A stretch of DNA of 64,000 nucleotides from Candidatus Kaiserbacteria bacterium (GCA_963699165.1 OY969413.1:788562-852561), one strand, 5' to 3'. Numbered from the stretch's first letter, positions 29,401 to 38,432 are shown. The notes: generated by a model from the sequence alone, not told the origin. Program-made: numbers and translations.

Positions 29401-29805
29401 TTTCGCGCCGACACCGAGATAAAAAGAATAGCGACGAGCATTGGAATACTTTGCGACGATCTTGTTCTTTTCGTTGAGATCGAGCGAAATGGTGAGGTAC
29501 GAGAGGCGATAGTTCTCAGATTCGTTGTTTTTGAAAATTACAAGTGCCTTGTCGTAGCCGAAAGTGGCGAGGATTTTGAACGCATCGGTCGCAATGGAAA
29601 CACGCGGGTCTGTCTCCTTTGCATGGGTCATTTCGAGTACGTAGGTATTGAGCGAGGGGGCGTGGCCGAGCTCGCGCGCTTTCGTGATTATCTTACATCG
29701 CGATAGATCAGCGATGTCTTTTTCTTTCTCAACATAATCCTCAGGCAGAAAATCTTGAAGAAATGCCGAAAATGCATCGGGGTTGTATTTTTGGTCAAAC
29801 TTCAT
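26413..29805 (-). CDS. Eco57I/TaqI-like type IIG-type N6-adenine methyltransferase with TRD
   Basis: VPFLNGGLF, DPEMLGRIFENLL, GSFYTPREIV, LDPACGSGAF, IANPPY. Confidence 0.92.
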   Translation of the reverse strand: MKFDQKYNPDAFSAFLQDFLPEDYVEKEKDIADLSRCKIITKARELGHAPSLNTYVLEMTHAKETDPRVSIATDAFKILATFGYDKALVIFKNNESENYRLSYLTISLDLNEKNKIVAKYSNARRYSFYLGVGAKTKTPEQQLVKHGRVKDTDDLLSRFSLEVVSKEFYTRIAEQYSKLVGGVRGEGRRAVSFQRTLALGAQSDDVYANFAIRLIGRLVFCWFLKQKKSNEGIPLIPSDLLSVDAVTRTGDYYHSLCVPLFFEVLNKPHNSRPSFFRHSDLFEMVPFLNGGLFQDHAEDNHKFNRTTGMSDRRGSVVVPDEWFAGLFGIFEEYNFTIDENTSIDTELSIDPEMLGRIFENLLAEVNPETGDSARSATGSFYTPREIVDFMVEEAIVSHLVTKTGFSEEKIRALSTYDVEDDLQYPIPENERRTIVEAIHGTAVLDPACGSGAFPIGVLQHLVRMLGILDPDCSIYLSKLPVEVRRQLQEHNLPYVRKLGVIRECIHGVDIQPVATDISRLRCFLTLVVDQRVDDSAPNRGIDPLPNLDFKFVCADTLTKPPVHEGPLFGDTFAVELGELIDEYFAPVDQLHKLEVGRKLQQLITDRTKKELESILRSFSVVKDEKHRKLLAEKNEDEHEERLRINNLWGSYENIFTNKPVGFFDTRYFFPAVERKGGFDIVIANPPYISIEKFARTVKQAEWRKSYKTFAARGDIYCLFYERGLNLLRTGGVLSFISSNKFQRAGYGRNLRQLLSSYRIHDLIDFCELPVFEASTDPMIVVVEKSKAQEADEITALVVKNESDIAWLRQVITKQKSIYSPSQLKEEGWSLEGSSGLELIEKLKSVGTPLEDYVKDRFYYGIKTGLNEAFVIDGDTRQKLVCEDSKSAELIKPWIRGRDIKRWTHEYHQFYVIIVPFGFNTELAKYPAVLNHLNRFEDLLKARGQCKTSRRGGGEGQHHWLELDNNPSKSYIAAFNEPKIVFNETSKRLHAYLDTEGNAINKTGFIILTPDALYVLAILNSTVMDWFYRSTFPSWGDPWSAGRVQFRGDRMAKVPIPTANPADKGRLTDLADRATKAAAAGDMGAVTQIEHEIDEIVYKLFDLNEKEIAQIEFSLTNTRESELKKSGVNFY

Positions 29806-32800
29806 GCGGCTATCAATTCTTCGGACAGCACTATTAACTTTCCTGCATCGTTCGCGCGATCAGCGGTTTCAAAAATGCTCTCAAGATACTTTTGGGGCAC
29901 GAGTTCCTTGAGCGCGATGAATGCCTTACCGAGATTATCTTTTTCCATTCGCAAGTCGCCAATTTCTTTGAGCACGCCGTACGGAAGGCCGTCGAGATCT
30001 TTGATGGTCTTGATGATATCATCGCATAAATCTTTCGCGGGCGAATGATTTTCGGATAGGAACTTGAGATTTTTAAGCGCATCCTGCTTGCGGCGGCCGG
30101 TAATCGGTGGTTTGGTATTGTCCTTAAATATGTGTTCTTTGGCGATTTTGTATATTGGCTCGAAGTTTACCGTCGTTTCTAACGCTTTCTCCCCTTCAGT
30201 GATGTCATTGAAGAGAGGGAGCGCGATTTCCGGTGCAACGATTTGCACGGTCTCCGGTGTTTTACCGAACGCAAAAACAAAGTTGCCGCTCCTTTTTGCG
30301 AGCGCAACAACACCCGGGATGGCAAACTTACGAGCAATACGAGCCCGGTGCGGAATGGAGGCAATCTGCTTCCTGATTTCGGGATCGTGCCGGAAACGCA
30401 TCCACTCGTCCCGATATTTCGCATCCCACGACAAACTCTCGCTCTTATTCTTTTCTTCCTGATACTGCTTGGCAAAGTAGTTTTTGAGGTCTTCGTCTTT
30501 GGTGAAGATTTTGGTGTCCTCACCTAGCAAAGAATGGATCAAGTCCATTTTCAGCGTCGAAATAGCCCGCGTGTGGGTTTCCACTTCCCCGGTTGTCGTT
30601 GGGAAGAAGTTGAAAATATATAACTCATCAAATACCTTTTTGTTGATACGGTTGATGCGACCGACGCGTTGAATTACACGCGTCGGGTTATATGGAATAT
30701 CGTAGTTTATAACCGCCCCAGCACGGTGAAGGTTAAACCCTTCGGAGATGGCGTCGGTGGCAATGATGATGTCATAGTCGTCGGATTGCTTCGCCTTTTC
30801 AAGGCCGGCATCAAAGTTCTTTTGGATGATCTCCTTGTTGCTTTTCGACGAGTCCTCCGAACTGTATTTATAGACACGCTTGATGCCCTCGGCAGCAAGC
30901 TTGTCGGAGACGTAGTTTGCCGTATCAGTAAACTCGGTGAAGACGATAATTTTGCGTTTCGGTTCGTTCTTGATGGACCGCGTGATTTTTTCTTTGAAAA
31001 AATCATACTTTGGGTCGGTTTCTACCTTGAGCCACTTTTCCTGTACCTTTTCCAGGAGCGTAATGTCCTTCTCAAGTGCGGCACGAAATTGCGGTTGCAT
31101 TTCAGAGACTGGGATTTCGATGAGCCCTTTATCTTTGAGTCGCCCGAACAGCTCCTCGATCTCTTCGGCAGTCTTTTCTTCCAGTTCTTCAGTTGTCGGA
31201 AGTGCGCCCTTTTTAAAAATCGGAACAACGCCTTTATTATCGTACCAGTCGAGCATCGTCTCCGACGAAGCGATCATGTTTTTAAGCGAAGCACGGAACG
31301 AGCCGATAGAGCTTTCAAACCGGCGCACGAGCAAACGTCGCATGAACTTGGCGACGTTTGCCTGTGCTTGCGTGATCCGTTGGATTTTCTCTTCAGCTGA
31401 GATGTCACTTTCTTCGTCTTCTTCAGCTTCTATAAGTTCTTTGATGAACTTTGATCCGGTTTTGATGTAGCTTGCAGGCTTGTAGCGCACACCCTCGAAA
31501 CTCTCCGATTTATCGGAGGACGATATTTGCTCAAGCGTCTCAATGTAGAGAGGAGTGAGTTCGCCGAGGTCGTACTCAAGGATTTCCGGGTCGCGTACTT
31601 CCGCGAACGCAACACCCTGTTTCTCAAGGTCTAGGCGATAGTCCTCGATTTCTTTGAGATCAAGGCGAGAGCGACGAATAACAAGTGGCTCTATCATTTT
31701 CCGCAGTTCTGCGGCGATGGCGTGAAGTTCTGTTTGAACCTCTGATATTCCTTCAAGCCCGTTTTGCTTGGATGATTTCCGTATCTCACGGCGTATGTTT
31801 TTGTAGCGCTTGAAGAGTTCATGGAATGAGATGCTCAGGTTTTCGACGGTCTTGATAGTCGACTGACCAGGCGTGCTGAAAAGCTTAATGAGCGCGTAAA
31901 TGTCTTTTGGGTCATTGTTGAATGGGGTTGCCGAGAGCGCCATGACGGAATTGCCCGCACAGAGTCGGTGGAGCACTTTATAGTTGTCAGTATCTTCATT
32001 GCGGTGCTTATGAGCTTCGTCGAGAACAATGAGTACGTTTTTGTCGTTGCCATGTCGCTCTAAGGCTTTTTCGATTTCTCCAGTGGTATACACGAAGCCG
32101 TTGAAGTTGAAGCCCGAACGATAGTCATCCCACTGCGCCTTTAGATGCGGGGGCGCAATGATAATTGTCTTTCGGTCGAGATTGTGCGCGATGGTAGAAG
32201 CAATGATACTTTTGCCAAGACCGACGACATCAGCGATGATGACTCCACCGAAACGCTTGATGCGGTCTATACCAAGATTTACAGCATCTTTTTGGTACTT
32301 AAGATCGATGAACTTGCCGTCGGTGATCTGCTGCGGCGTCTTCATGCCATCTATCTCCTCGACGGAAAAATACTCGTCGAGAACGCGGTAATACATCAAC
32401 TTCGGGTCAGGCAACTGATAGAGCCAAATACGTTTTTTGACTTCAGCGATGAACTCGTCCGAGATGTTGATGTCGGTGATGGTTATATTACTCGGGTCAT
32501 TCCACGCAGCCTCAAATTCTCCAAAATGCTGTTCGTAGTAGTGCTTTTCAGAAAGTACGAGATTGTGTTCCCTTTGTCCCTTGAGACCGGAGTAGGTGAG
32601 ATTACTTGAGCCCACAAAGACCATGCCCGGTTTTTCACCATTCTCAGAGTACTCTGGTTTATGGTGGAGGATATAAAACTTGGCGTGGTTTGCCTCGGCA
32701 GTCTTCCTTATTAGTAAGCTGCCGTCTTTTATTTTGCTCAAGAAAATCTCAAAGGCTCTTTGCGACTCTTCATTATCGAAGTAGTCAGTATCGTTGAAGA

Positions 32801-33098
32801 TTTTTGAAAAACTCTCGATATACTCATTGCGCGCACTTGAACGAGTAGAGATTTTTGTACCCACCGCATGGTCGTCAAGGTCAAGGCCGTCAAATGATGA
32901 GATTTTTTCGATAATTTTCTTATCGATATCCATTCCGACGAGGATACGAATTGTTTTATCTTTCAGCTCTTCGTGTAAATCGCGAAAACCAGAAAAATAG
33001 AAATAGCCGACGAGAGCATCAATCCGGTCACTTTTGGGCAAAATCTCCTTGAGTTTTGAGGAAAGTGTGTTCTCGCCAACGTTGGTAATTGAGGGCAT
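29802..33098 (-). CDS. PLD-nuclease + SF2 (SNF2-like) helicase, partner of the MTase
   Basis: HAKFY..GSSNLT (PLD), DVVGLGKS, DEAH, SATP, QRVGRINR; ATGA overlap with the MTase. Confidence 0.9.
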   Translation of the reverse strand: MPSITNVGENTLSSKLKEILPKSDRIDALVGYFYFSGFRDLHEELKDKTIRILVGMDIDKKIIEKISSFDGLDLDDHAVGTKISTRSSARNEYIESFSKIFNDTDYFDNEESQRAFEIFLSKIKDGSLLIRKTAEANHAKFYILHHKPEYSENGEKPGMVFVGSSNLTYSGLKGQREHNLVLSEKHYYEQHFGEFEAAWNDPSNITITDINISDEFIAEVKKRIWLYQLPDPKLMYYRVLDEYFSVEEIDGMKTPQQITDGKFIDLKYQKDAVNLGIDRIKRFGGVIIADVVGLGKSIIASTIAHNLDRKTIIIAPPHLKAQWDDYRSGFNFNGFVYTTGEIEKALERHGNDKNVLIVLDEAHKHRNEDTDNYKVLHRLCAGNSVMALSATPFNNDPKDIYALIKLFSTPGQSTIKTVENLSISFHELFKRYKNIRREIRKSSKQNGLEGISEVQTELHAIAAELRKMIEPLVIRRSRLDLKEIEDYRLDLEKQGVAFAEVRDPEILEYDLGELTPLYIETLEQISSSDKSESFEGVRYKPASYIKTGSKFIKELIEAEEDEESDISAEEKIQRITQAQANVAKFMRRLLVRRFESSIGSFRASLKNMIASSETMLDWYDNKGVVPIFKKGALPTTEELEEKTAEEIEELFGRLKDKGLIEIPVSEMQPQFRAALEKDITLLEKVQEKWLKVETDPKYDFFKEKITRSIKNEPKRKIIVFTEFTDTANYVSDKLAAEGIKRVYKYSSEDSSKSNKEIIQKNFDAGLEKAKQSDDYDIIIATDAISEGFNLHRAGAVINYDIPYNPTRVIQRVGRINRINKKVFDELYIFNFFPTTTGEVETHTRAISTLKMDLIHSLLGEDTKIFTKDEDLKNYFAKQYQEEKNKSESLSWDAKYRDEWMRFRHDPEIRKQIASIPHRARIARKFAIPGVVALAKRSGNFVFAFGKTPETVQIVAPEIALPLFNDITEGEKALETTVNFEPIYKIAKEHIFKDNTKPPITGRRKQDALKNLKFLSENHSPAKDLCDDIIKTIKDLDGLPYGVLKEIGDLRMEKDNLGKAFIALKELVPQKYLESIFETADRANDAGKLIVLSEELIAA

Positions 33099-33207
33099 AG
33101 ATAAAATCTAGCATTTTTGCAGACATTTTGGAGCATCTGGTTACCAACTCCGAGGCCTCTCGGACGCTCTGGACTCCTGGGGGGAGACGCGTCATCCCTT
33201 GTGTTGT

Positions 33208-34539
33208 ATGCAAACCATAACCGTGCCGGTGGGGCTTCCGGCCAAGCCAATACAAGCCCCCGTACGGGTCAGGTACTGCCTGTACGCCCGCAAGAGTACC
33301 GAAAGCGAGGAACGCCAAGTCCTCTCCATAGACAGCCAGATCAAGGAGATGCTCCAGCTGGCAGAGCGGGAGGGGCTGGAGATCGTGGAGCTCAAACGCG
33401 AGAGCCACTCTGCGAAAGAGACCGGCCAGCGACCGATTTTCAACGAGATCGTCGAGGAGCTCAAGGCGGGTAAATTCAACGGCATCCTCACGTGGGCACC
33501 GGATCGTATCAGCAGAAATGCCGGTGACCTCGGCAAGATCGTAGATCTCATGGACGCAGGTGTGCTGCAAGAGATACACACGTACAGCCAGAGCTTCAGG
33601 AACAATCCGAACGAGAAGTTCCTTCTCATGATATTGGGGAGCCAGGCGAAACTTGAGAATGATAACCGAGGTGTGAATGTGCGGCGCGGACTAAGAACGC
33701 GCTGCGAAATGGGTTTGCGTCCCGGCGTTGCGCCGACCGGCTATATCAACGAGTACACGAAGGAGCAGAATGCCGCGAAGCGCTGCCACGCCGTCATCGA
33801 CCCCGTGCGCGGCCCCATCATCAAGAAGATGTTCGAGAAGGTAGCAAACGAGAAATGGAGCGGTCGCAAGCTCCATCACTGGCTCAAATTCGATATCAAC
33901 TTTAAGTCCAAGGGCAACAAGAACCTCTCCCTCGGCAACATCTACGTCATCCTCCAAAATCATTTCTACTACGGCACCTTCGAGTACCCGGAGAAGAGCG
34001 GCAACTGGTACCACGGCAAGCATGAGCCGCTTATCTCGAAGGAGCTTTTCGACGCCGTCCAGGTGCACCTGAAGCGCGATCAGATCGTGCGCTCGGAGAT
34101 AAAAGAATTCGCCTTCACGAAGCTCATGGTCTGCGGCTCCTGCGGCTCGGGCATCTGCGCCGATGAGAAGTTCAAGCGCCTCAAAGACGGCACCTCAGCC
34201 CGCTATGTCTACTATGGCTGTACCCGCCACAAGGACAAGAGCTGCAAGAACGGCTATGTACGCGAGGAGGCCTTAATCGAGCAGATGGTGAAGGTGATGG
34301 ACGACGTGGACTTCAACAAGATAGCTATGCGGGAGAAGTTCGAGGAGGAGATGGAGCGGCTCAAGAAGTTCCAGCGCATGTTCGCCAGCGGAGACTCTGC
34401 ACCAAAGAAAGACATTGATCTCTGCGACTATGCGAAGTATCTTCTTCGCAACGGCAGTCTCACAGAGAAGCGCGAGCTACTGCTCTGTATCAAGAGCAAG
34501 TTGGTGCTGAAGAAAGGGGTGTTAGGACTGGAGAAATAG
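33208..34539 (+). CDS. Large serine recombinase (resolvase + recombinase + zinc ribbon)
   Basis: YARKS catalytic motif, DRISRN, GKHEPLIS, CGSCG...YYGC. Confidence 0.95.
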   Translation: MQTITVPVGLPAKPIQAPVRVRYCLYARKSTESEERQVLSIDSQIKEMLQLAEREGLEIVELKRESHSAKETGQRPIFNEIVEELKAGKFNGILTWAPDRISRNAGDLGKIVDLMDAGVLQEIHTYSQSFRNNPNEKFLLMILGSQAKLENDNRGVNVRRGLRTRCEMGLRPGVAPTGYINEYTKEQNAAKRCHAVIDPVRGPIIKKMFEKVANEKWSGRKLHHWLKFDINFKSKGNKNLSLGNIYVILQNHFYYGTFEYPEKSGNWYHGKHEPLISKELFDAVQVHLKRDQIVRSEIKEFAFTKLMVCGSCGSGICADEKFKRLKDGTSARYVYYGCTRHKDKSCKNGYVREEALIEQMVKVMDDVDFNKIAMREKFEEEMERLKKFQRMFASGDSAPKKDIDLCDYAKYLLRNGSLTEKRELLLCIKSKLVLKKGVLGLEK

Positions 34540-34689
34540 CTAACCGTGCTTGCCGTGCTTTTTCTTGGCGGCAACCCATTCGACTTTGTTCGGATGCTTC
34601 GTGGCATACGCACGCGACGTGATCCGACCAGTGTCGACTTGGTGCGGTTGGTATTTCGCCCAGTTGTGATGTCTCGGGTCTTTACCCAT
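34540..34689 (-). CDS. 49-aa basic mini-protein (not in ORF track)
   Basis: MGKDPRHHNWAKYQPHQVDTGRITSRAYATKHPNKVEWVAAKKKHGKHG fills the gap at the end of the minus-strand operon. Confidence 0.5.
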   Translation of the reverse strand: MGKDPRHHNWAKYQPHQVDTGRITSRAYATKHPNKVEWVAAKKKHGKHG

Positions 34690-34712
34690 ATAGAAATTTT
34701 ATCATGCAAGCT

Positions 34713-35150
34713 CTAAATGGGCTGCTTGATTTTTGCGTATTCTATTTTGCAACCGACGATTCCGAAGGCCTCGTGGCAATTCACTACTGGCGACATCCAA
34801 CCCGGAACTTTTGGTAAGGTGCCGAAGTCAAGTGCGGTTTCCTGAGTGCCAGAAAACACCACCAACTCCCGATCAACGACCGGCGATTGCTCTGCAAGTT
34901 TGAAGCCGTTCTTTCGCAAGAAATCAGCCACCACCTGTCCGACCTTCTTTGGAGAGTAAATCTCGACGTACCCCTTCGGTAGCAAAACCTTAGCAAGGGC
35001 GGCTTCTGCATCAACCGGCGTCTCATAAATCTCATCCAATATGTATTCGGTTGCGTAACCAGAGCCGACACTTGAGTCTACGATTTCAGCGGCGGCTCTC
35101 CATTTGCCGTCCTCCGAGCGCTGCTGTGGTTTTGAGTAGTAGAAAAGCAT
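34713..35150 (-). CDS. Hypothetical protein
   Basis: 145-aa ORF starting 2 bp after the HEPN gene stop. Confidence 0.65.
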   Translation of the reverse strand: MLFYYSKPQQRSEDGKWRAAAEIVDSSVGSGYATEYILDEIYETPVDAEAALAKVLLPKGYVEIYSPKKVGQVVADFLRKNGFKLAEQSPVVDRELVVFSGTQETALDFGTLPKVPGWMSPVVNCHEAFGIVGCKIEYAKIKQPI

Positions 35151-35152
35151 AG

Positions 35153-36490
35153 TTAATGTTGTACCAACTTCGCAGTCATCAGTCTGACGACATTCCTCAC
35201 CGATTCAAACACCAGCCCGATGGTCGCCTCATCAGCGACGATGAATCCGCGATGTGCGTATTGGCACCTGGCTTTATATAGTTTATCAAACCAAGGAAGA
35301 AGTGAGGCATCGAGGGCGTGTATTGCACCCACGATGTATTTTACATTGTCGTTAATAACGGCTTCGGGTACGAATAGGTGCTCAAGACAGCAATAAAGCA
35401 GGAGCAGTTTCGCGCCGAGATCAGAGACTTGGGTTGCAGAACTCAAAATATCTAGCGATGGTGCCACGTTAGACATACTCTCCTTGCTCCAGGGATTCTC
35501 GAGGAGATCAAAGATTAGCTTGTTATCGACAATGAATCTTTTCATCCCGCCGAATGTTCGCGTGTCGAGCCACATCGGCGAGAGGCCGCGATACCCAAAG
35601 GAGCGGAAAAGACAGCCGTCTGGGAATTTAGCCCACGGCTCTTTCCGATCCTCATGCCATGCAAAAACTCCTATGGTGCGAGCCCCAAGAAACACGGGAG
35701 TAGTGGGCGCTTCAATTTTGACATCAAAGCCGAAATCTATTTGCCCGTGGTGAACAAAGCCCGCGATTCGAAGTAAGTTCAGGAATGCACGAAGCGAGGC
35801 GGAGGCATAAAGGTACGCGTATGTCTCTGTGCCGGTAACCGTAAATCCTATGGATGGACTTGAGAAGAATTGCCGAGCGCTCGGGAGTGTGAGCTGCCGT
35901 AGATGTGGCTGTAACTCCTTGAACTTCTGCTCCAATGCATCGTCCTCAAGGTAACAAGAAAAAGGTGCTTCGAGCCCAACAAACATGTCTTCAAAGAATT
36001 CTCTGGCACCGCCCATCTCGGTTCGGAACTCAGTTATGTGAGTTATGAGGGTGCGCTCTTTAATCGAACCATCAAGTAATTCGAAATGACGATTGAGTAC
36101 ATCTTCCGCTGGTGATTCGCGCTCGCGCCAATCGAAACGGAATGCGGGCTCCTTAAGGTAGAAGAGGCCTCCGCCCGTTCGTTGAATAAACTCTTGCTCT
36201 GTGTCCGTAGCGAAAACGAGCTTGTAGTGGAACAAGATGTCAAGAATATCTAGCGGAGAAAATCTCAAACCATTCTCATGAAAGACTCGGCATTCTTCCT
36301 TGATTTCATCGAGCATTGGTTTGCGTTGAAAATATTGTTCTTTCCTCCACTTATCTTGGAGCGGCATAGCACGAGCACGACCGACTTCGCTGTCGGCGAG
36401 CCGCTCTATGCGGGAATAGGCCTCCAGTCCGATCCTTTCCTTCAGCTCTTCCACTCGTGGCATACGGGTGATTATAGACCGGCTGCCCAT
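35153..36490 (-). CDS. ApeA-like HEPN domain protein
   Basis: LLLYCCLEHLF and LYKARCQYAHRG (R-x4-H) in the C-terminal domain. Confidence 0.75.
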   Translation of the reverse strand: MGSRSIITRMPRVEELKERIGLEAYSRIERLADSEVGRARAMPLQDKWRKEQYFQRKPMLDEIKEECRVFHENGLRFSPLDILDILFHYKLVFATDTEQEFIQRTGGGLFYLKEPAFRFDWRERESPAEDVLNRHFELLDGSIKERTLITHITEFRTEMGGAREFFEDMFVGLEAPFSCYLEDDALEQKFKELQPHLRQLTLPSARQFFSSPSIGFTVTGTETYAYLYASASLRAFLNLLRIAGFVHHGQIDFGFDVKIEAPTTPVFLGARTIGVFAWHEDRKEPWAKFPDGCLFRSFGYRGLSPMWLDTRTFGGMKRFIVDNKLIFDLLENPWSKESMSNVAPSLDILSSATQVSDLGAKLLLLYCCLEHLFVPEAVINDNVKYIVGAIHALDASLLPWFDKLYKARCQYAHRGFIVADEATIGLVFESVRNVVRLMTAKLVQH

Positions 36491-36508
36491 AAAATGCGGT
36501 CCCGACGT

Positions 36509-37156
36509 TTAGCCAGGAAGAGTTGCGAGATACTGATCCGTAATGTAGAGAACGCCTGCGGTGGGGATTTTCGGAAGCTCAATTTTGTCGAGGAAGCCAT
36601 ACTTTTGCGCGTCCGCAGCATGATAAGTTGCCGACTTTAATGCCGCATTCCGGACAGCCGCAGCTGTCAGATTTTTAGAACCCCGTGAGGCTGTTTCTTT
36701 TATGATAATCTTTTGGGTCTTCTCGTCCGTCGCGGATAGTGCAGCGTTTTGTGTTGCTAGGTCAAAGACATTGAACTGCTCGGGCAATGCCGTTCTTGGC
36801 ATCGTTGTCTGGTGCACCATAAAACTACAGTCCGGTACGCCAACTCGGTTCTGGAAGCTCAGGAAAAACGGGACGCCGGCTGAGGCAACATTTCCCATGT
36901 TATAGACGGTGGTTTTCTGAGGAATGGATTTAATAAAATTGTAGAGGCTTATCGCCGAGAATGGGCTGCCACCGATCGTCGATAGATAGACGACATATTC
37001 AGAAATGTTCTGTCCTGTCTGGGCTTGGTTGAGGATGAACCCGATGAAAACATCTTCCATTTTCTTGCTGATCAAAACACTGCACCAGATGTGCTGGACC
37101 TTGGGAGGTTGTGCTGTTTGAACTGGAGGCATGAGAGTCATTGTACGCTCATGCAA
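36509..37156 (-). CDS. ClpP-like serine protease; start uncertain
   Basis: YLSTIGGS, GNVASAG (catalytic Ser), FMVHQ (catalytic His), AQKYGFLDKI. Confidence 0.8.
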   Translation of the reverse strand: MHERTMTLMPPVQTAQPPKVQHIWCSVLISKKMEDVFIGFILNQAQTGQNISEYVVYLSTIGGSPFSAISLYNFIKSIPQKTTVYNMGNVASAGVPFFLSFQNRVGVPDCSFMVHQTTMPRTALPEQFNVFDLATQNAALSATDEKTQKIIIKETASRGSKNLTAAAVRNAALKSATYHAADAQKYGFLDKIELPKIPTAGVLYITDQYLATLPG

Positions 37157-37178
37157 AATAAACCGAAAGATTCATTCA

Positions 37179-37201
37179 GTTCGAGTCCCTCCCGCCCTCC
37201 A
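37179..37201 (+). other. tRNA 3'-end fragment (possible att scar)
   Basis: GTTCGAGTCCCTCCCGCCCTCCA = T-loop through CCA with no 5' half. Confidence 0.5.
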
Positions 37202-37238
37202 ATAGGAGAAGGTCGGTAAACACTAGCGCCCTAGACTG

Positions 37239-37325
37239 CGGAAGGGGTGAGATTCGAACTCACGGTCCCCGTTAAGAGACGGCGGATTTCAAGTCCGCTG
37301 CGTTAGACCACTCTGCCACCCTTCC
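37239..37325 (-). tRNA. tRNA-Ser(UGA)
   Basis: GGAAGGG/CCCTTCC-G, GCGGA-CTTGAAA-TCCGC, long variable arm. Confidence 0.95.
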
Positions 37326-37337
37326 CTCGATTTGATT

Positions 37338-37607
37338 CTACTGTGCCTCGGGTGATTTGTGTACTGGAGCGTCTTCGGCCGGTTTTTCCTCGGGACGGAA
37401 CCAGATGAGGTAAATGATTTCAAGAAGACCGGCGGTGTTTAAAACGAGGAGGAAAACAAACCACCATTTCTGACTGCCACGGGCGGCGAACCATAGTGCG
37501 AATCCTTTCAAAACCGTGCTCCATATAATGACCGCGATGAGAAGCGGGAGAAACGCCAGAATCACCTCGGGCGCAATCGGGTTGTAGAACGGTGTGAAGT
37601 CGTGCAT
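37338..37607 (-). CDS. DUF5652-type small membrane protein
   Basis: WSTVLKGFALWFAAR..QKWWF...NTAGLLEIIY. Confidence 0.8.
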   Translation of the reverse strand: MHDFTPFYNPIAPEVILAFLPLLIAVIIWSTVLKGFALWFAARGSQKWWFVFLLVLNTAGLLEIIYLIWFRPEEKPAEDAPVHKSPEAQ

Positions 37608-37637
37608 ATATGCGGATTATACCATACAATTAGTCGC

Positions 37638-38051
37638 ATGCGATACCTCGGCATCGATTACGGCAGCCGGAAAGTCGGCCTCGCGCTCTCGGACGAAGCG
37701 GGCACGATGGGGTTCCCGCACGACATCGTCCCGAATACGCCGCGGCTTGTCGACGAGTTGTGCGCCCTCATCGCGAAAGAAAACGTCGGCGCAGTAGTGA
37801 TCGGCGAATCAAGAAATCTTGCGGGCGGCGAAAACGCAATTGCAAAAGATGCGCGCGAACTCGGGGCGCACATTACCGAACGCGCTGGCATTCCGGTTCT
37901 GTTTGAGTCGGAAGTGTTTACGAGCGCCGAGGCGCGGCGAATGCCGGAAAAGCAGGAAAAGTCGCGCGGCGCGAAGCGCCGCGCGGATGTCGACGATTCG
38001 GCCGCCGCACTTATTCTTACCAGCTACCTTTCCAGAATCGACCATGAGTAA
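37638..38051 (+). CDS. ruvX: RuvX/YqgF family nuclease
   Basis: MRYLGIDYG, EVFTS, VDDSAAALIL. Confidence 0.93.
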   Translation: MRYLGIDYGSRKVGLALSDEAGTMGFPHDIVPNTPRLVDELCALIAKENVGAVVIGESRNLAGGENAIAKDARELGAHITERAGIPVLFESEVFTSAEARRMPEKQEKSRGAKRRADVDDSAAALILTSYLSRIDHE

Positions 38052-38385
38052 AGAACGGATTTCAATAGACGAGTTTGCAAAAATCGAGGTGCAGGTCGGC
38101 ACCGTTAAAACCGCCGAGCGCGTTCCCGAGACCGAAAAATTGCTGCGGCTCACGGTCGATTTCGGCGAGGAAAGCGGACCGCGTCAAATCATTTCCGGCA
38201 TTGCCGGTTATGTTTCGGAGCCGGAATCGCTTGTCGGGCGCCAGCTCGCATTCGTCACCAACTTGGAGCCGCGCACGATTCGCGGACTCGAAAGCAACGG
38301 AATGCTATTTGCCGTCGGTTCGGCCGAAACGTTTGCATTTCTCGAGCCGGACAGGGAAGTGTCGCCGGGCACCAGTGCACATTGA
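38044..38385 (+). CDS. tRNA-binding OB-fold protein (MetRS C-terminal/CsaA-like)
   Basis: ISIDEFAKIEVQVG, RQIISGI, NLEPRTIRGLESNGML. Confidence 0.88.
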   Translation: MSKERISIDEFAKIEVQVGTVKTAERVPETEKLLRLTVDFGEESGPRQIISGIAGYVSEPESLVGRQLAFVTNLEPRTIRGLESNGMLFAVGSAETFAFLEPDREVSPGTSAH

Positions 38386-38432
38386 GCAATAAAATGCGCG
38401 GCCGCGAAGCGGCCGCGTGATATTCTGTATGT

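Larger units (their letters stand above)
17400..37201. mobile_element. Genomic island 1 (large serine recombinase, terminase-like module, RM/defence cargo) next to tRNA-Ser
   Basis: No housekeeping genes between aroK and tRNA-Ser; shifted composition; recombinase, MTases, HEPN genes, extra tRNA; tRNA T-arm fragment at 37179-37201. Left boundary approximate. Confidence 0.75.

Noticed and set aside
37179-37201. Complete tRNA gene or confirmed attR
   Set aside because: Only the T-loop to CCA is present, and no matching repeat was found at the left edge of island 1
17400-37201. Intact prophage
   Set aside because: No portal, capsid, tail or lysis genes recognisable
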